Assembly (NCBI GenBank): GCA_029259155.1
Contig: JAPDJI010000032.1
Location: 1-15,643, forward strand
Direction: 5' to 3'
DNA from: Candidatus Methanomethylicia archaeon
Lineage (GTDB): Archaea; Thermoproteota; Methanomethylicia; Nezhaarchaeales; B40-G2
DNA: 15,643 nucleotides
Shown: in pieces, positions 7,656-15,643 of the stretch
Numbering within the stretch: position 1 is the first letter of the stretch
Layout: every line of letters starts with the position of its first letter
Notes under the pieces: model-generated
The model's database searches: none
Told to the model about the DNA's origin: nothing
The model's input: only the letters and a program-made list of their open reading frames with translations
Position numbers and translations under genes: made by a program

Positions 7656-8362
7656 TTATACCACACCTAAGCAAGTTACAGTGATTTTTAGCACAGCACA
7701 GGTTATAAGTCTTATCGAGTTACACCTCACATGTCCCCTCCTTGTATTAAACCACAATTAACTTTAGAAGCCTCCAAGTCTCTGGCAACCAACACCACTC
7801 CATTTAGCCTAGGCAAGCCATGCTGATTCTTCCCACGCTATGAATAGTTTTAAAGATAGAGACAGCTAGTCAAATTAGTGATTAAGTCACTAGTCACAAA
7901 TCACAAATTTTCTGTGAGTAGGCTGCAGCAAGTGGCTGCATAGAACCGATGCTGTTATAAAGAAGAGAAGAGACTATATATCAACTTGAAAAAATGGAGA
8001 ATAGAGAGGATGAAATAGACTAGGTCACATAGATATCACAGAAGGCACAGGGATGAGGAAAAATGATGAGAAAAGAATGTAAGTGCACCCCGCAGTGTAC
8101 TCATAGCCTGAAACTAACTTCCTCTGCGAGTTAGAGAGCAAGGTTCTATAGCTCAGATCTAGTGCTCCGTTTCATCAGAGTCCTACATAGAGCTGATGAA
8201 TTAATGTAAAAATGAAGGAGTTAAAGAGCGCCAAAATTAGTGATTTAATATCGAGAGTACACTCTGCAATAGACTAACATTAACGAGAAGCTCACGTCCC
8301 CTACTACTTCAGCAGGGGGGCCTGGAAGGCGTCCCCAGAGGGGTTCGGAGGGGCCGGTTATG

Positions 8363-8378
8363 GTATCCTTAAGGATAC
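8363..8378. repeat. Perfect 16-bp palindrome GTATCCTTAAGGATAC
   Basis: Read directly from the sequence; lies about 30 bp outside the left ORB-like element. Confidence 0.8.
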
Positions 8379-8409
8379 AGGTATCATGCGTCTCTACTTG
8401 GGCCGAGGG

Positions 8410-8650
8410 CCCCCACCCCTCGTTTTCCAGTGGAGAAGAATGGTCCCTGAAAGCTTTGCTTCTCCCCTCCTCTGATTGATGAGAATGGTCCCTGATTGTT
8501 TAAGCCTTCTTGAATTTATAAAAGACTTGTCTAAGTTCTCGCTAGATACTTCTTGTTAGGCTTATCTATACAACTGTATTATCGTTTCGGGTGGAGCAGT
8601 ATTCTCTTGGTATTACCACTTTTTCTCCAGTGGAAATAGAGGGGTGGGGG
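8410..8650. other. Probable archaeal replication origin (oriC): inverted ORB pair flanking an AT-rich unwinding element
   Basis: 8623-8650 reads TTCTCCAGTGGAAATAGAGGGGTGGGGG. The reverse complement of 8410-8437 reads TTCTCCACTGGAAAACGAGGGGTGGGGG (25/28 identical). Both match the Orc1/Cdc6 origin recognition box pattern (TCCA-N-TGGAAA plus G-string). AT-rich core at about 8497-8585. Confidence 0.8.
8437..8495 (+). repeat. 14-bp direct repeat AGAATGGTCCCTGA x2 inside the origin
   Basis: Exact copies at 8437-8450 and 8482-8495 (45-bp period). Confidence 0.85.
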
Positions 8651-8651
8651 G

Positions 8652-8951
8652 TTAGAGTTGATCGATGAGTCTGTTTAGTCTCGCTACTTGTTCTCTAAGG
8701 ATGTGTACGACCTCTTTGGGGTGTTTCGCGTATAGGGCTTCCAGCAGTCTTGCCGTTACTGAGTCGGAGGGGTAGTTCTTTCTTTTGGAGAAGCCCAAGT
8801 ATCGGTATAACTGTATCCTTGAGGTTTTCATGTCTTGGGCGGTCTGTTTAATGGAGCGTTCATTTATCTCGAAGAGTCTTCTTACCAGGTCTCTCCGCGT
8901 TTCATCAGGTATGTACTTGGCTATTTCGATGAAGACCTCCCTCCTAGACAT
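8652..8951 (-). CDS. HTH (XRE/Cro-like) DNA-binding protein, 99 aa
   Basis: SIKQTAQDMKTSRIQLYRYL...YPSDSVTARLL resembles an XRE-type HTH. SD GGAGG 7 nt upstream of the ATG; 11 bp downstream of the preceding gene. Confidence 0.75.
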   Translation of the reverse strand: MSRREVFIEIAKYIPDETRRDLVRRLFEINERSIKQTAQDMKTSRIQLYRYLGFSKRKNYPSDSVTARLLEALYAKHPKEVVHILREQVARLNRLIDQL

Positions 8952-8962
8952 GTTTAATCCTC

Positions 8963-9343
8963 CTATAGCGTGACTTTGACGGCTTCCTCGAGGGCTTTGA
9001 GGAGTAGGTTGGGGTTGGCTTTCTTTAAGGCTAAGAGGTTACGGTCAAGGAGGGGGGCAACGTATACTTCACCTCCAAACTTCTCGATCGTTTTCTTGGC
9101 TAAGTTGGCAGCTGCCGTATCGGGCGCTATTAAGACGCTTTTCTGGACGCGATGGGCTTTAGTGGCTTCCTCGAGGGCTTTGAGGTGGTTATAGAAGTTC
9201 CTGGGTATGTAGCTTCCCGGGAAGTCCCAAGCGATGAGGAAGCTTACCTTAGCTTTAGCCGTGGAGGTTTCGGCAAGCTTGCGGTATTCCTTAGCATATA
9301 AACTAATTAAATTGGACAAGGGGTTGCGTGCGATTCCTCCCAT
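8963..9343 (-). CDS. Stand-alone Cas2/VapD/PaaX-central-like ferredoxin-fold protein, 126 aa
   Basis: FLIAWDFP resembles the Cas2 beta1-Asp motif (hhhxYDh) and HRVQKSVL resembles Cas2 RVQxSVF, at Cas2-like spacing. No cas1 or CRISPR array in the window. Confidence 0.65.
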   Translation of the reverse strand: MGGIARNPLSNLISLYAKEYRKLAETSTAKAKVSFLIAWDFPGSYIPRNFYNHLKALEEATKAHRVQKSVLIAPDTAAANLAKKTIEKFGGEVYVAPLLDRNLLALKKANPNLLLKALEEAVKVTL

Positions 9344-9460
9344 GCTTTGCGCACCTACGCAGAGCTCTAAATCGACTTTACTTTAAGTTTACGTCTACAT
9401 GAGGGTGTTAGATGAATTTATGGTACTGCTTTGCGTACCTACGCAGAGCTTAAAGACTTT
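9343..9460. repeat. Two palindromic 24-bp direct repeats (84-bp period), probably tandem promoter/operator units
   Basis: TGCTTTGCGCACCTACGCAGAGCT (9343-9366) and TGCTTTGCGTACCTACGCAGAGCT (9427-9450) are 23/24 identical. Each is followed by a TAAA..GACTTT tail. Internal dyad GCTTTGCGTA-CC-TACGCAGAGC. Confidence 0.85.
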
Positions 9461-9576
9461 TTCCAAAGATCACCTACATGTTAACAAAGGCTTTCTAATA
9501 GATAAGGGAGTGGTTGGTTGGCGGGGCGGGGCTAATGGGCGTGGTTTTACCGCCCATGTACATTGCTCAACGTTTA

Positions 9577-9651
9577 TAGCGGGGGGTGGATTTGAACCAC
9601 CGATCTCGGGGTTATGAGCCCCGCGGGATAACCTGACTTCCCCACCCCGCT
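9577..9651 (-). tRNA. Initiator tRNA-Met(CAT)
   Basis: Reverse complement gives AGCGGGG/CCCCGCT-A with an A1:U72 pair, and anticodon arm CGGGG-CTCATAA-CCCCG with consecutive G:C pairs. Both are archaeal initiator hallmarks. No intron. Confidence 0.93.
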
Positions 9652-9691
9652 GATTTGGGGTATCAATGAAGGCACGGATAAGTCTTTCGCT

Positions 9692-11080
9692 TCATGGCGC
9701 TTTCTTGAAGGATGGGTTCACCCAGAGGAACTGGCTAGGGCTTAGCGGAGCTAGTGGAAGGGGTCCCCCAGTTTTTTCGCGTCCATACCTGGAGTACGGT
9801 TTGGTTAGGTGTCGATGGGCTCGAGGAGGCGGTATGTATAATGTTTCCACGAGCTTCCTCGGCTTGGTGATCCAGGTTTTCTTGGCGTGTGGGTATTGTT
9901 CGCCGCACTTGCGGCATCGGTAGCCCTTACCTTTACCCATGGACTCCAACTTGGCTCCGCAGCGCTTACAGGTGGGGTTGATGGCTATGCGCAGCGAGGT
10001 CAACTTGACTATTAGGAGCTTCTCGAGGTTTATGGTTTTAGGGTTGCTGGGGCCTGGCGGCCTCACCCCTCCGTAGACGACGACCTCGTCTCCCGGCTGA
10101 AGGGCTAACACTATTTTCCTAAAGCTACCGGTCGGCTCATAGGCAGCGCAGTCGATGTTCCCTGTACCATCGCTCAGCGTGAAGACCACGTGGCCTCCGG
10201 GTATGGTTCTAGGCTTAGAGGCTACGGTGCCTTTAATGGCTACGGGGAGGTGTTCGTGCGCGTCAGCTACCGTTGCTGGCTTGAGGTGCGCGTCGGTCCC
10301 TTGATTGGTTCTAAAGATAGTCCATCGCTCTACAGGCTCCTCTACTTTGATAAGGGTGGAGGCGTGGCGCACGGCTTCAGCAGTCTCGCCCCGGACGCCG
10401 TAGAGGACGGGGTCTGGTCCATGAGGAGTTATGAGCACCCGGAAGGCTTCGAAGTCGAGGTTGTTGAAGGTTAGAGGCCTAGTTAACCTATCCATCTCGA
10501 CTACGGAGCTGGCGTCAACCTTCCTGGGGCTTCCTAGGCTTTGAGGAGCCCTATAGGCGATGAGCTCATAGGTATGGTCTCCCTCGAGGGTCTCTCCCAG
10601 AGCGGCTAGGGCGCCGACTACCCCTCTAGCCTCCTTTAAACAGTGTAGCTCTACGCCCTCCTCCTCAGCCACTTTTAAGGCCTCCTCCACCTTCACTATG
10701 CCCGTTACAGCCTTCATCGCCAGCCTCCTTAGCTCTACACTGGGCCAGCCTACGAGGACCGCTAACGCCGGGTTGGTGTAGGGGTCTTCGAGAACAGCTT
10801 CCTTCTCTAGAAGCTTCACTAAAACCTCCACCGCCTCGCCCAGCCTATCATCCTCGAGCTTAAACCTCAAGCAGAGTGCTCCGTTGCCCCTAGTCTTCCA
10901 CGGCACGTTTGGATTAAGCCTCACGAGGTTAGGATAGTCTAGAAACCTGGCTCCAAGCTCAACTAAACGCTCCGCAGCTAGGCTTGCTAAGTAGGTGGTG
11001 CAACCACCCCTAGCCGAGTCGGTGTCGTCGAAGCCTACGTGGACTGTTAGCTCCCTACCCGTCAACGCTCCTTTCTCCAC
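9692..11080 (-). CDS. tiaS: tRNA(Ile2) 2-agmatinylcytidine synthetase
   Basis: GFDDTDS..GGCTTY, LVRLNPNVPWKTRGNGA, PHGPDPVLYGVRG, TNQGTDAH, an OB-fold segment GGHV..AAYEPT, zinc ribbon CKRC..CRKC, and RHLTKP. Confidence 0.96.
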   Translation of the reverse strand: MEKGALTGRELTVHVGFDDTDSARGGCTTYLASLAAERLVELGARFLDYPNLVRLNPNVPWKTRGNGALCLRFKLEDDRLGEAVEVLVKLLEKEAVLEDPYTNPALAVLVGWPSVELRRLAMKAVTGIVKVEEALKVAEEEGVELHCLKEARGVVGALAALGETLEGDHTYELIAYRAPQSLGSPRKVDASSVVEMDRLTRPLTFNNLDFEAFRVLITPHGPDPVLYGVRGETAEAVRHASTLIKVEEPVERWTIFRTNQGTDAHLKPATVADAHEHLPVAIKGTVASKPRTIPGGHVVFTLSDGTGNIDCAAYEPTGSFRKIVLALQPGDEVVVYGGVRPPGPSNPKTINLEKLLIVKLTSLRIAINPTCKRCGAKLESMGKGKGYRCRKCGEQYPHAKKTWITKPRKLVETLYIPPPRAHRHLTKPYSRYGREKTGGPLPLAPLSPSQFLWVNPSFKKAP

Positions 11081-11105
11081 TTAGAGAGACGTACTTGGCT
11101 CTTAA

Positions 11106-11417
11106 GGCTGGAGGGGCTCGTAGCCCCCCTTCTGTTTAGGCGGCATTCGGCTAAGCGACCTTGAGCCGCTCGAGGGCCATCCTCACCACGGCTCGTCTTT
11201 ATCCGCGCGCGGAGAGCCCGTTTCAACGGTCCTACCGGGGTCCTCAAGGGGTCCACGCCCCATCAACGCCACCCCACCGGTAGACGTGTCGTTGCTGTGC
11301 TCTCCGCACCCCTCTCGAGGTGGCGCCTTACGGCGCCGCGCTGGCCCTGGATGGGGGAGCTTCCTCAGCGAGCCTGATGGCTCCAGGCTCACCGACAGCC
11401 GCCCGGCCCCTCCAGCC
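11106..11417 (-). ncRNA. rnpB: RNase P RNA
   Basis: Reverse complement shows a terminal P1 helix GGCTGGAGGGGC/GCCCCTCCAGCC, the conserved GAGGAAGCTCCCCC and AACAGAAGGGGGGCTA (P4 pseudoknot halves), and an internal GAAACG. Confidence 0.93.
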
Positions 11418-11568
11418 ACCCTCAATATAGCAGAGGTATGCCTTAAACCTTAACTGTCTTGGCTACAGGTTTGAAGAACCCTTCATTCGCATCCGCCTTA
11501 CCATTAACTAGTTTGTTTAAAAAATTCAGGGTGAAGGTTAAGAGAGGTCTCTCTCAGTTCTTTAGCGC

Positions 11569-11580
11569 AATAAATATATC
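11569..11580 (+). promoter_or_regulatory. Candidate TATA box of the rRNA operon
   Basis: AATAAATATAT about 25-30 bp before the structured leader (hairpin TGCCACGGC...GCCGTGGCA at about 11604-11680). Confidence 0.5.
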
Positions 11581-11741
11581 CCTCCTAAGTAGCCTCTACT
11601 AGTGCCACGGCCGGCGGTACTAGTTAGACTGAGAGCCTAGTCGCTCTCTGGATGATAACTAGACTCTCCAAGCCGTGGCAAAAACTATGAGGATCCAAGG
11701 AAAACCTGGGCCGCGGTGGCTCAGGGTGCCTTGGGTCTAAT

Positions 11742-11773
11742 GTGGGCCTATCGACGAGCCACGAATAGTGGGC
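11742..11773 (+). other. 5' strand of the 16S pre-rRNA processing stem (bulge-helix-bulge)
   Basis: GTGGGCCTATCGACGAGCC (11742-11760) is perfectly complementary to 13331-13349. It is followed by ACGA/GCGT, 3-nt bulges ATA and AAA, and GTGGGC/GCCCAC (13318-13323). Confidence 0.85.
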
Positions 11774-11799
11774 ATCCTCCGCCGTAGGTTTTGCGGCCT

Positions 11800-13301
<1,502 letters not shown>

Positions 13302-13489
13302 ATATTAGAAACAAGGAGCCCACGCGTAAAGGCTCGTCGATAGGCCCACTCCCCGTTCTACTCAGATGCAATCTAGGAGGGCACCCCTCCTGGATGAAGG
13401 AGCGGAGCTGCCCTCGACGGCTAAGAGGGTGGCAGTGAGGCCGCGCATAGGTGATGGCCGTAAGCCAAGCTAGCCAGGAGGTTAAGCTA

Positions 13490-15643
<2,154 letters not shown>

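Noticed and set aside
8410-8650. MITE with 28-bp terminal inverted repeats
   Set aside because: No target-site duplication in the flanks, and the repeats match the ORB pattern with an AT-rich interior.
9343-9460. Bona fide CRISPR array
   Set aside because: Only two repeats, no cas1 or effector genes in the window, and the first repeat abuts a start codon. Kept only as a repeat and a hypothesis.
7656-9576. attL/attR duplication of the tRNA-iMet 3' end delimiting an integrated element
   Set aside because: No convincing copy of the tRNA 3' sequence found by eye, and no integrase in the window.
9577-9651. tRNA-Ile2(CAT) as the TiaS substrate next to tiaS
   Set aside because: The A1:U72 pair and G:C-rich anticodon stem indicate initiator tRNA-Met.
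8785-10474. ORFs 8785-8973, 8970-9194, 9399-9617, 9666-9923, 9735-9917 and 10190-10474
   Set aside because: They overlap the HTH/Cas2-like genes, tRNA-iMet or tiaS, and lack protein-like motifs.
11062-11425. ORFs of 64 and 80 aa
   Set aside because: They overlap the RNase P RNA gene.
13302-13489. tRNA-Ala in the 16S-23S spacer, or rRNA introns
   Set aside because: No cloverleaf in the ~190-bp spacer. The 16S is normal length and no insertion is evident in the visible 23S.

Overview
Archaeal chromosomal window from a probably (hyper)thermophilic member of Thermoproteota/TACK. This is inferred from the GC-rich archaeal 16S, the 16S-23S spacer without tRNA-Ala, and the presence of Elf1. The left part holds a degraded wHTH gene, three tRNAs (Ser-GCT, Thr-TGT, Pro-CGG) and housekeeping genes: Elf1, GGGP synthase, a prenol/dolichol-kinase-like membrane protein, a 4xCBS protein, a MazG-like protein, Sec61beta, DUF2070 and a DUF355 adenosine-kinase-like protein. 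The right part holds initiator tRNA-Met, tiaS, RNase P RNA, a complete 16S and the 5' part of 23S rRNA. The middle (about 6840-9570) is the most unusual. It contains a probable replication origin (two inverted ORB elements flanking an AT-rich core, 8410-8650) with no orc1/cdc6 gene in the window. On its left is a coiled-coil + winged-helix gene surrounded by clusters of GTCAC(A) motifs. On its right is a two-gene cassette (orphan Cas2/VapD-like protein + HTH protein) preceded by two palindromic 24-bp direct repeats, just downstream of tRNA-iMet. Also seen are an unannotated 32-aa membrane peptide ORF and an in-frame amber junction between GGGP synthase and the kinase-like gene. All family calls are by motif recognition, with no database search.
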